Source of the DNA: an uncultured Pirellulales bacterium
GTDB lineage: Bacteria; Planctomycetota; Planctomycetia; Pirellulales; S012-138
Direction: 5' to 3'
Length of the DNA stretch: 64,000 bases
Assembly (NCBI GenBank): GCA_964511065.1
Contig: CAZEEG010000010.1
Span: forward strand, 1,796 to 65,795
Every line of letters starts with the position of its first letter. Positions within the stretch are counted from its first letter, which is position 1. A program made the position numbers and the translations under genes. The notes under the pieces were generated by a model that ran no database searches, was not told where the DNA came from, and saw only the letters and a list, made by a program, of their open reading frames with translations. Below are positions 16,500 to 25,871 of the stretch, in pieces.

Positions 16500-17157
16500 C
16501 CTTGACGTTGGTGCAACCGGCCGCCGCAATTCGACCTCCGGAAGAACGAACTGCGGCGGTGATCTAGATTGGCTGGCTTGGTTTGTTGCTTGGATGGGCA
16601 AACCAGACGCTGCCTGCGCCCCGCGCAAGGCGAAGGCGGCATGCCTGCTACGCCGCGGCCGGTTCGCAGGGCAAGCTGCCGACTGCGGTGGGCCAAGATT
16701 CTAGCCGCCCGTTCAACAGCCTCCTAGGGCAATGCATGGTTCTCACGTAAAATACGGAAGGACAGGAAGACGTGGTGGATTTCGCTGCCGTCGCGAGTTA
16801 GCGCGCCTGCGCCAAATGCAGCAAACAGGAGGTTTCCGTGTGTTAGACTTACGCAGTAGCGGCGCACTCCCCTTGTTTGGCGGGCCGATAGCCTGGCTGC
16901 AGCCCAAGACGAAACCGCGGTACCAAACCGGTTGGATATCCTTGGGTTATGCGGCCTGGGTGGTGCAGGGAATCGCGCCGGTTCCCACGGAGAATAGTGC
17001 GATCGGCCGGGTGGTTTGGCCCGGTTTGACGGTGTTTTCCTGCGGCCCGCATTTTGCTAACGTATGGGCGATGCCTTCGCTGCTGCCTGCCCGCGAGCGC
17101 TTCGGCAGGTACCGACTGCGCCTGCTGCATCGCGGGCGTGCGAGACAGGAGGTTTAG

Positions 17158-18642
17158 GTGAAAATTCTACTGGCCAGCAGCGAAGTGGTTCCGTTTGCCA
17201 AGACCGGCGGCTTGGGCGATGTATGCGCGGCTCTGCCGGTGGAGTTGGCCAAGCTAGGGGTGGAGATTTCGGTCATCCTGCCAGCTTACCGGCAGGTATT
17301 TGATTGCGGCCAACCCATCCGCCCCACGGGTGTCCATGTCGACATCCCCATCGGCAACAAGCGCGTGCGGGGAGAGTTTCTCCGCAGCGAACTGCCCGGC
17401 AGTCACGTGCCGGTCTACCTGGTTGCCCAGGACGATTACTACGATCGACCGGGGCTCTATCAGGAGAACGGCGAAGACTACATCGACAACTGCGAGCGGT
17501 TCGTATTCTTCTGCCGGGCGGTGATGGAGTCGGTCCGCCTGCTCAACCTGCAAAGCGACCTGATCCACTGCAATGATTGGGCAACCGGGCTCATTCCCGC
17601 CTATCAGGCGATCGAGTACCGCTGGGTTCCCGGCTACGAGCAGATCGCGACGCTGTTCACGATCCACAACCTGGCCTACCAGGGGCACTTCTGGCACTGG
17701 GACATGGTGCTGACCGGGTTGGACTGGAAGTACTTCAACTGGCAGCAGATGGAGTTCTTCGGGCATCTGAACCTGATGAAGACCGGCCTGGTTTTCGCCG
17801 ACGCATTGAGCACCGTCAGCCCTCGCTATGCCGCTGAAATTCAATCGCATCCGCAGGGTTGCGGCATGGAGGGCGTGCTGCGCGACCGCAGCGATGTGCT
17901 GACCGGCATCCTCAATGGCGTGGACTATTCCATCTGGAATCCTCGCACGGATCCCCACCTGCCGGCCAATTACGACGCGCACGATCCCTCGGGAAAGGCC
18001 ACGTGTAAGGCGGCCCTGCAACAAGAGTTAGGACTGCCGGTCCAGGCTGATGTTCCGCTCATCGGGTTTGTCGGCCGGTTGGCCGATCAGAAGGGGCTCG
18101 ACCTGATGATGACGGTCATCCCGCAATGGCTGGAGTCCTCGCCATTGCAGTGGGTGATCCTGGGGTCGGGCAATCCCGATTACGAGCAGGCATTCCGGCG
18201 ATTGGCAGCCAAGCATCCCGATCGGCTGTCCGTCCACATCGGCTTTTCAGAACCTTTGGCACATCGTATCGAGGCTGGTGCCGATATGTTCCTAATGCCC
18301 AGCCTGTACGAACCGTGCGGGTTGAGCCAGCTATACAGCCTGAAATACGGAACCGTGCCTGTGGTTCGCGCCACGGGTGGCCTGGCGGATACGATCACCG
18401 ATGCCACGCCGCTGACATTGCAAGCAGGCACGGCCAACGGCTTTAGCTTCGAGGAGTATTCGGCCGGTGCACTCAATCGAACGCTGCGCCGAGCCTGCGA
18501 GTTATACGCTCAACCGGAAACGTGGGCGCAACTCATGACCAACGGTATGCAGCAGGATTGGTCCTGGGGCCGCAGCGCACGACAATACATCGAACTGTAT
18601 CAACGGACGACCGAACGGGTACGCGAAGGGGTTTGCACCTGA
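17158..18642 (+). CDS. glgA: glycogen (starch) synthase, ADP/UDP-glucose type
   Basis: GTG start with AGGAGG 5 nt upstream. The N-terminus [21 protein letters not shown] carries the KTGGL motif. The GT5/GT1 C-terminal part has the pattern [35 protein letters not shown]. Confidence 0.95.
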   Translation: MKILLASSEVVPFAKTGGLGDVCAALPVELAKLGVEISVILPAYRQVFDCGQPIRPTGVHVDIPIGNKRVRGEFLRSELPGSHVPVYLVAQDDYYDRPGLYQENGEDYIDNCERFVFFCRAVMESVRLLNLQSDLIHCNDWATGLIPAYQAIEYRWVPGYEQIATLFTIHNLAYQGHFWHWDMVLTGLDWKYFNWQQMEFFGHLNLMKTGLVFADALSTVSPRYAAEIQSHPQGCGMEGVLRDRSDVLTGILNGVDYSIWNPRTDPHLPANYDAHDPSGKATCKAALQQELGLPVQADVPLIGFVGRLADQKGLDLMMTVIPQWLESSPLQWVILGSGNPDYEQAFRRLAAKHPDRLSVHIGFSEPLAHRIEAGADMFLMPSLYEPCGLSQLYSLKYGTVPVVRATGGLADTITDATPLTLQAGTANGFSFEEYSAGALNRTLRRACELYAQPETWAQLMTNGMQQDWSWGRSARQYIELYQRTTERVREGVCT

Positions 18643-19340
18643 CGCAGAGGTGGCACCGCCGCACCACAAGGGGTGGAATTGCTTGGATATCCCAGGCCGC
18701 ATTTCCAGGCCCATTGTGCACACCAATCATGCGGCAGTACCATTCGTGCGGCAGTGCCGAGCGTGGGGCAATGAACGCGGGGCGGGTCATGACCATGGGC
18801 ATGCCTGCGCCCGGTCCTTTTTTGCGGCGAACGTTCGGCCAGCAACCTATCAGCGGGTGACCACGGATTGGTTTCTCTGAACCCCGACACGGAGGCCAGT
18901 AGCTTTCCCTTGCAAGCAGCCCGACCAGGGGCGAAGTACCACGGCGTACGCACTTCGTGCCATGGCACTGTGAGCCGCGCGGCTTGTACCACCTGCGACG
19001 GTACGAGAAGCCGTGCCGATTGCACTGTGGGCTCGCACACAATGTAACCAGGCGCGTAAGTCGCAAGGCCGCTTGCACGAACAGCCGAGAGTCAGCCACA
19101 CCAGACGCGGTGAATCCGACCGCAGGTCCCGTAAGGAATTGATAGCCAAGGTTTTGCAAAGTTGCCGGTGCGCTGGCCGTAACCGGCAACGTGGACGTTC
19201 CTCCACAAACTTTGCCAAATTGTTGCCATCGCTCCACACGGTGACATTTCGCAACCTACATTTGGACAATTCCCTCGAATCCACCGCCGCGTCCCCAGCA
19301 GGCGCGGCCATGCAAGTTCCCCCCATCAGTGAGCGGCACG

Positions 19341-21563
19341 ATGTCCCCTACGATTCGTCTGGTCTTGGCGCTGCACAACCATCAGCCCGTGGGAAACTTC
19401 GACGGCGTATTTGAACAGGCGTACCAGGAGAGTTACCGTCCATTTCTGGACGTGATGGACGACTATCCCAGTTTGCCGATTTCTCTGCACGTGAGCGGTT
19501 CGCTCTTGGAGTGGCTCGACGCCCGGCACCCTGAATACGTGGACCGCCTGGCATCGCTGGTCGCGGCCGGGCGGATTGAAATTCTCGGCGGAGCGTTTTA
19601 CGAAGCCATTCTGCCAATGATTCCCCCGCGCGACCGCGTGGGGCAGATCAGCCGCTATTCGCACTGGCTCCAGCAGCGGTTGGGCGCCGAGGTCCGCGGG
19701 ATGTGGATTCCCGAGCGCGTATGGGAACAAAGCCTGGTCAGTGACCTGGTGGCCGCCGGGATCAAGTATACCGTGCTGGATGATTTCCACTTCCGCAATG
19801 CCGGCCTGACGCCCGAGCAGTTGCACGGATACTACGTGACCGAAGACAACGGCAACGTGCTCTCGGTGTTCCCTGGCAGCGAACGGTTGCGGTACCTGAT
19901 TCCCTTTGCCGAACCGCAGCAGACGATCGACTACCTGGCGACGATTGCCCAGGAACACCCCGGCTCGGTGATGGTGTTTGGGGACGATGGCGAGAAGTTC
20001 GGCACCTGGCCCGACACGCAGAGACACGTGTACGAGGAAGGCTGGCTGCGCCGCTTCTTCGATGCCCTGGTGGCCAATGCGGATTGGCTGCAGACCACGA
20101 CCTTGGGCGAAGCGATTGATCACGTGGCACCGCTGGGCAAGATTTACCTCCCCGATGCCAGCTACCGCGAAATGACCGAATGGGCGCTGCCCTTCGACCG
20201 GTTGCAGGAGTACGAAAAGGCCCGCCACGAAATGGAGGACGACGCCCGCTGGCCGGCGCTTTCCCAGTTTGTCCAAGGCGGCTTCTGGCGGAACTTCAAA
20301 GTGAAGTATCCCGAATCCGACGAAATGTACAGCCGCATGTTGATGGTCAGCAACCAATTGCATGTGGCCGAGCAACAATTGGCTTCCCCCGGCGAGGGCG
20401 AAGCCGAGTTGATGACTGACGACCACAATCGCCAACTGCTCGATTACGCTCGGGCGGAACTATACCGCGGGCAGTGCAATTGCCCTTACTGGCACGGAGC
20501 GTTTGGCGGCATTTATTTGCCTCACCTGCGGCACGCGATCTACAACCACCTGATCGCAGCCGAAAACCTGCTGCATCAGGTGCAGGGCCGGCCGGCCCAG
20601 TTCGTTGAGGCAGTCAACGGCGACTTCAACAGCGATGCCCGGCCCGAGGTTCTGTTGACCAACGACAAGCTGGCGGCGTTCTTTTCGCCGGTACGGGGCG
20701 GGCGGATGTACGAACTCGACGTGCGCACCATCTGCCTCAACGTGCTGTCCACGTTGGCGCGGCGGCCCGAGGCCTATCACGAGAAGGTGCTCAACGGGAA
20801 TCGCGCTGCCGGCGACCAGGTGGCCAGCATCCACGACCGCGTGGTGTTCAAGCAGGAAGGCCTGGAACAGCGCCTCCAGTACGACCATCACCTGCGCAAG
20901 AGCCTGGTTGATCACTTCTGGGATAACGACGTATCCTTGGAATCCCTCGTCCGCAACGAAGCTCCGGAGCGCGGCGACTTTGCCTCGGGAAGCTACGAGG
21001 CAACCATCCGCCGCAGCCCGCAGCGCGTGCAGATCAAGCTGACCCGGCAAGGCAACGCCTGGGGCCATCCGCTGCGGATCACCAAAGCGGTGACGATCGA
21101 AGCAGGCAGCCCCACGATGACGATCGTGTATCAGCTTGAAGACCTGCCCCAGATGCCGCTGCATTTTGGCGTGGAGTTCAACTTCGCTGGTTTGCCGGCG
21201 GGCATCGACGACCGCTACTTCCGCTGCGGTTCCCAGCAGCGCCTTGGGCACCTGGGTACGCAACTCGATCTGGAAGACGTGCAGGACCTCGGCCTGGTGG
21301 ACGAGTGGTTGGGGATCGATGTCGGCTTGAGCATCAACCGGCCCTCGCACATCTGGACATTTCCGATTGAAACCGTCAGCCAGTCCGAAGGCGGCTTCGA
21401 ACTCGTTCATCAGTCCGTCGTGGTGCAACCTCACTGGCTGGTCGAGCCCGACGCGCACGGAAAATGGCGGGTTTCCATGCAATTGACCCTCGACACGGCC
21501 CTGGCTGAAAGCCGGATGCCGACATCGAACACCCAGGCGGAACCGGTCGCCGTCGCCGAGTGA
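19341..21563 (+). CDS. glycoside hydrolase family 57 enzyme (alpha-amylase/4-alpha-glucanotransferase type) with C-terminal DUF1926-like region
   Basis: GH57 motifs are present: LALHNHQPVGNF, GMWIPERVWE (nucleophile Glu context) and VFGDDGEKFG (acid/base Asp context). An alternative GTG start lies at 19329. Confidence 0.85.
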   Translation: MSPTIRLVLALHNHQPVGNFDGVFEQAYQESYRPFLDVMDDYPSLPISLHVSGSLLEWLDARHPEYVDRLASLVAAGRIEILGGAFYEAILPMIPPRDRVGQISRYSHWLQQRLGAEVRGMWIPERVWEQSLVSDLVAAGIKYTVLDDFHFRNAGLTPEQLHGYYVTEDNGNVLSVFPGSERLRYLIPFAEPQQTIDYLATIAQEHPGSVMVFGDDGEKFGTWPDTQRHVYEEGWLRRFFDALVANADWLQTTTLGEAIDHVAPLGKIYLPDASYREMTEWALPFDRLQEYEKARHEMEDDARWPALSQFVQGGFWRNFKVKYPESDEMYSRMLMVSNQLHVAEQQLASPGEGEAELMTDDHNRQLLDYARAELYRGQCNCPYWHGAFGGIYLPHLRHAIYNHLIAAENLLHQVQGRPAQFVEAVNGDFNSDARPEVLLTNDKLAAFFSPVRGGRMYELDVRTICLNVLSTLARRPEAYHEKVLNGNRAAGDQVASIHDRVVFKQEGLEQRLQYDHHLRKSLVDHFWDNDVSLESLVRNEAPERGDFASGSYEATIRRSPQRVQIKLTRQGNAWGHPLRITKAVTIEAGSPTMTIVYQLEDLPQMPLHFGVEFNFAGLPAGIDDRYFRCGSQQRLGHLGTQLDLEDVQDLGLVDEWLGIDVGLSINRPSHIWTFPIETVSQSEGGFELVHQSVVVQPHWLVEPDAHGKWRVSMQLTLDTALAESRMPTSNTQAEPVAVAE

Positions 21564-21647
21564 TTCTGGTCCCAGCCAACTTGCCGAGGCACTGCCCCTC
21601 CCAATCAGCACTCGGCAGTTAGCCGCATGATCCACCGTGAGCAGCTC

Positions 21648-21679
21648 GCGGCCGCATCGGTTCAAACCGATGCGGCCGC
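21648..21679 (+). terminator. perfect 15-bp inverted repeat hairpin downstream of the GH57 gene
   Basis: GCGGCCGCATCGGTT-CA-AACCGATGCGGCCGC lies 85 nt after the stop at 21563. The U-tract is weak (TGGTCATTTGC). Confidence 0.45.
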
Positions 21680-22002
21680 TGGTCATTTGCAGGCGCGCGA
21701 GGGTGAACCTCAAGCACCATTTCCACATCGACAAATGCTGGAGGAACGGCCCATGGGTCGAGCGGCGGCGCGGCCGAATGCGGCCTTCGGCATGTGATCT
21801 GCTCAATGCATCAAGGGCGGTGAAAGCTGGCGCTGCGAAATGCGGCGGATTGCGCAGGAAGACGGAAGACGCCCGGCGCCGACCCGTCCGACGACCAGAC
21901 ATTGGCGGCGCACCAATCAATCAACACGTTCGCCGCAATTAGGCCGAGATGGTCCAGTCATCTCCGGCAGAAACAACCCTTGATGATGAACCGAGGCTTT
22001 TC

Positions 22003-22191
22003 ATGGACCTGCTGTTTTGGGCAATCATTGCGCTGGTGGTATCGTTGATCGCCGGCGGACTGGGCTTCACGGGGGTGGCCGCAGGCGCAGCTACGATCGC
22101 GAAAGTGCTGTTCGGCATCTTCCTGATCATCGCCTTGATTTTGTTCGTACTGGTGTTGCTGGGCATTGGCGCGGTGTCCGCCGTCGTCTAG
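22003..22191 (+). CDS. DUF1328/UPF0391-family small membrane protein
   Basis: [53 protein letters not shown] matches the characteristic DUF1328 pattern (GGxLGFxGxAxxAAxIAKxLF). The internal ATG at 22003 was chosen as start. Confidence 0.75.
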   Translation: MDLLFWAIIALVVSLIAGGLGFTGVAAGAATIAKVLFGIFLIIALILFVLVLLGIGAVSAVV

Positions 22192-22347
22192 CCCCTGGAA
22201 CACCAATCGCTCCGCGCTGGGCCAGCATTCGCGCCGTCGCGTCGCCAAAATCGGGTGCAGCAATCCCAGCGGGGTGGTAAAATCACGCCTCCAGACCGCA
22301 GACGGATTTCGGCACCAAGGTTACCCCAGCTCACACGAGCGAACTAC

Positions 22348-25300
22348 CTACTTGGCGAACATGGGATCGTTGGGATTGCCCCGCGACAGCAGGTACGCAA
22401 GCAGGTTCAGCACCTCATCCCGATTCAGCGGCTTGAGGAGATCCTTAGGCATCAGCGAGACGTTCGAAGGCACCATTTCATCGATGTCGTCCTTCGCAAC
22501 CTCTTCCACCTTGGTGATGTCCTCGGGATTGACCAACACGGTCAGCTTCTTGCCGTCGTCGCTCGCCACGCGGCCGGTGATTTGCTTGCCCGACAGGGTC
22601 ACAATTGTGTGTGCCCGGTACTGGTCGGAAATCACCTTGCTCGGATCCACGATGGCTTCGCTGAGGTCCTTGATGCTGAAACGGCCGGCACTATTGGTCA
22701 GGTCGGGCCCCGTGGCGCCGCCGTCGCCACCAAAGCGGTGGCAGACCACACAACGGGCGGCCGCGTACGCGCGCCGGCCAGCTTCAAAATCGCGGCCGCT
22801 CAAGCCGCCATCGGCCAGTTGCAATAGCTTTTGGAGCGTCCAATCTTGGCCCGGGCCGATGGGGGCGGGCAATTCTTCCTTCTTGATGGTGACCGGTACG
22901 AGCGATTCCAGGGCCTTACGTTCCGTTTCCGAAGCATTGGCCAGAGCCTCGGTACGGATGTTGTCGATGAAGCCCTGGAAGCTTGCGCCACCGCTCTTGG
23001 AACGCTGTCCATCGAGCAACTCCAAGTACTCGCGGCGCTGCTCCAGCGTCCAGCCGAATTGCACGTTCCGCAGGCAAAATGCGTAGTGGAGCAAATTCAG
23101 GTTGGGCTGGTTGGCGAGCATCTGAGCGATGGGGCCACCGTAACCGGGGTTCCGGGCCAACAACTCGGCAATTTCCACGTCGCTGGCCTGGTACGGCTGA
23201 CGCATCAACTCCAGCGTCTTTTCAACCACCGTTGGGCTCTTCAGGTAGACCAGCACCTGGCACAACTCCCGATTCAGCGCATGGGATTGGGCCGGGTAGA
23301 AGGCGTCGAGCCGCTTGGCAATCCGCGCCGCCGTGGCGGCATCGGGTTCACCCAGTCGGATGAACGCCAGGCTATACGCCCGCAGCAGGTCGAGTTGCTG
23401 GGTTTCGTTGAGTTTCTCGAAGTCGAGCGCATCCAGGGCTGCGAGCAGTTTGCCCTGCACGCCCGGTTCCCCCTGACGCGCAAGCGCCACGGCGGCATTG
23501 AGCAGCGCCCAAGGCTCCTTTTCGTTCAATGCCCTCGATTGCCAGAGCGAAACCGGCTGATGCTCCAGGGCAACTCGGGCGGCATAGCGAACAAAGCGAT
23601 CGCTGTGCGCAAGATTGGGCCAGATGGCATCAATGGCCTGGGCGGGGTTGGCCGCCGGGCGGTGGTAGGCTTCCAGCGAGCGCCGAAGTTTGCGCAGTTC
23701 CTCGCCTTGCTTCTGATGGCCGTCGACGGGGGCTGTGGATTCGGTCCCCTCGTAGACCACGCGGAACAGTTCCGACTGCGTACCGCGTCCGCCAATCGTG
23801 AAGTACAACGCGCCATCGGGGCCAACCGCGGCATCGGTCAACGGTAGCGGCGTGCGCGAAACAAACTCCTCTTTGGTTGCCCGATACGTGGCCCCCTCAG
23901 GCTGAAGGTGCAGGGCGTAAATCGTGCCAAAGGTCCAGTCGAGGATGTACAACGCGTTCTGATAAGCGGCGGGGAACTTGGCCCCGTAACCGAAGGTCAC
24001 ACCCACCGGCGAACCGGGGCCAATGTCCAGCACTTGTGGCAAGCTATCGAGGTAGTAGGTGGGCCACTTGCCGGTTCCCGACCGCCAGCCAAACTCGCTT
24101 CCGCTCACGGCGTGGGTCACGCGCGTGGGCCGATACCAGGGCGAGCCCATGTCCCATTCCATGTCGGAATCGTAAGCGAACAATTCGCCGTCGGCATTGA
24201 AGGCGATGTCGTAGGCATTGCGATAGCCGGCGCTGACCAGTTCCCAATTCTGGCCGTCGGGATCCACTTTCGCGATCCACCCGCCAGGGGCCAGGCGGCC
24301 GCGGGCGTGGCCGCGGGCATCCCATTGGCGCGGCAGCAGCAGGTCTTCGTCCCAGTTGGCGGGCAGCGTGGTGGCAGAGAACTCCGTGACATCGGTGTGG
24401 TTGCCGCACACGATGTAGATGGATTTGCCATCGGGTGAAAGCCGCAGCGCGTGGGGGCCGTGTTCGCCGCCTCCCTTCAGACTTCGTAGCTTGACGACCT
24501 CGTCAAATTGATCGTCGCCATTGGTATCGCGGGCCCGATACAGCCCGCTGCCGGGGCCGCCGTTGACGGAGATGTACAGGCTATCGAACGCGTACAGCAG
24601 GCCCTGGGCGGCGCTGATATTGATGTCCAACTTTTCAACGATGGTTTCCCCGCCGCTGCCGGGGGCAGGGGGAGTGATGCGGCACAGCCCCAGGTTGCCT
24701 TGGTCGCTGGCAATCAGCCGTCCCTTGGGATCAAAGGTGATCGCGACCCAGGAGCCCAGTTCTTCCTTGGGCACCGTAAAGAGCTTTTCGACTTTGAAGC
24801 CGGGCTGCACATTGAAAATGTCGCGTTCCGCGGCAGGCATACCCGCCACCGACGGGCCAGCAAAGACGTCGCCCCAGGGAGGGGAACCCAGTTTGGCCAG
24901 CGCCTTGGCTGCGGTCCATTTCTGGGCATCGCGCTGCTGGGCCACTTGCCAGGTGTCGTCGGTGGCGACGAAGGAATAATGGCCATCGCGACCGCCCAAT
25001 GTCAGCAACAGCACAAATCCCGAGGGACCGCCCTGGTTTTCCACTTCAGCCTCCAGCACGTTGGTGCCGGATTTGATCTGCCGATCGAGATTCACACGGA
25101 CGGGGGCGTTCCAGTTTGTCCCCTCGGCAATCTTCTTGCCGTTCAGGTACAACGTGAATTTGTTGTCGCACGCAGCGACCACGTCGGCCTTGGCGGCCCC
25201 GCCTTCAAACTCGCGGCGCAGCACGTACTTGGCATTGGGGTCGGGGCCCCAAATCCACAGTGGGGTGGGACCGGCCGGTTTCTTGTCGCTCGCCTGCGGT

Positions 25301-25506
25301 TCGGCCGGCTTGGCGTCGACGGGCTTCGCTTCGGTTTGGGCCTGCTCACGGACGCGGCTGGTTTGTGCTTCGACGGCCTGTCGATATACCTTTCGCGCCG
25401 GCGCTTCCTGACCAGCGACCGGCGAGACAAACGCCCAACAACCCAGTCCCAGCATTAGCAACCAACGGCCAGCGCGGTCGCCCGACATGCTTCCAGCTTC
25501 CGGCAT
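22348..25506 (-). CDS. PVC-type putative membrane-bound dehydrogenase with HEAT-like repeats and C-terminal heme-binding (cytochrome c) domain
   Basis: 1052 aa with a signal-like N-terminus. The central region is sorbosone/glucose-dehydrogenase-like propeller sequence. The C-terminal CVVCHRFGGDGGATGPDL...MPKDLL...L.AYL is typical of the Pirellula/Verrucomicrobium heme-binding domain. Confidence 0.8.
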   Translation of the reverse strand: MPEAGSMSGDRAGRWLLMLGLGCWAFVSPVAGQEAPARKVYRQAVEAQTSRVREQAQTEAKPVDAKPAEPQASDKKPAGPTPLWIWGPDPNAKYVLRREFEGGAAKADVVAACDNKFTLYLNGKKIAEGTNWNAPVRVNLDRQIKSGTNVLEAEVENQGGPSGFVLLLTLGGRDGHYSFVATDDTWQVAQQRDAQKWTAAKALAKLGSPPWGDVFAGPSVAGMPAAERDIFNVQPGFKVEKLFTVPKEELGSWVAITFDPKGRLIASDQGNLGLCRITPPAPGSGGETIVEKLDINISAAQGLLYAFDSLYISVNGGPGSGLYRARDTNGDDQFDEVVKLRSLKGGGEHGPHALRLSPDGKSIYIVCGNHTDVTEFSATTLPANWDEDLLLPRQWDARGHARGRLAPGGWIAKVDPDGQNWELVSAGYRNAYDIAFNADGELFAYDSDMEWDMGSPWYRPTRVTHAVSGSEFGWRSGTGKWPTYYLDSLPQVLDIGPGSPVGVTFGYGAKFPAAYQNALYILDWTFGTIYALHLQPEGATYRATKEEFVSRTPLPLTDAAVGPDGALYFTIGGRGTQSELFRVVYEGTESTAPVDGHQKQGEELRKLRRSLEAYHRPAANPAQAIDAIWPNLAHSDRFVRYAARVALEHQPVSLWQSRALNEKEPWALLNAAVALARQGEPGVQGKLLAALDALDFEKLNETQQLDLLRAYSLAFIRLGEPDAATAARIAKRLDAFYPAQSHALNRELCQVLVYLKSPTVVEKTLELMRQPYQASDVEIAELLARNPGYGGPIAQMLANQPNLNLLHYAFCLRNVQFGWTLEQRREYLELLDGQRSKSGGASFQGFIDNIRTEALANASETERKALESLVPVTIKKEELPAPIGPGQDWTLQKLLQLADGGLSGRDFEAGRRAYAAARCVVCHRFGGDGGATGPDLTNSAGRFSIKDLSEAIVDPSKVISDQYRAHTIVTLSGKQITGRVASDDGKKLTVLVNPEDITKVEEVAKDDIDEMVPSNVSLMPKDLLKPLNRDEVLNLLAYLLSRGNPNDPMFAK

Positions 25507-25871
25507 AATGACGGCTTCCCATCAAATGTTTTAAAGGGCTGATCAAACTCCGGTCGCCCCTAGAGCGTGCTCAAGGCGCCGAAGAAGTCAAACAAAACGG
25601 ATTACTGCGGTTGAGTGGACGCCATCCACCCTGGTGGGCGATGGGTGGGCTGCCTCCACAATCGAGTTACCATAGTAACCAGTTCGCCCGCGCGAAACTA
25701 CCTGGACTCGCTCCTTGGAGGTGGTTCCGCTCGTGCAGCGGCAGGTCCGCGGCGGGACAAGGGCAGCCGCACCGCGAATGCTGATATGGTCGCGGCGTGT
25801 ACCGCTTCCCGCCGGCAGCGCCTAAACTGGAAATATGGACGGTTGCCGCACTTCTGGTGGAGTTCCCGCGA

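Noticed and set aside
16732-17157. The full 141-aa track ORF upstream of glgA.
   Set aside because: The first 36 codons are Arg/Gly-rich and not protein-like, and they lack an SD. Only the part from GTG 16840 is discussed, as a low-confidence uORF in the findings.
19095-19160. The sequence CAGGTCCCGTAAGGAATTGATAGCCAAGG resembles the SRP (4.5S) RNA helix-8 core CAGGUCCGGAAGGAAGCAGCCAAGG, including a possible GNRA (GUAA) loop.
   Set aside because: The conserved 3'-side AGCA loop is disrupted by an insertion. I could not pair the flanking sequences into the long SRP hairpin either. The resemblance is kept only as part of the general 'structured spacer' finding. An Infernal scan with RF00169 would settle it.
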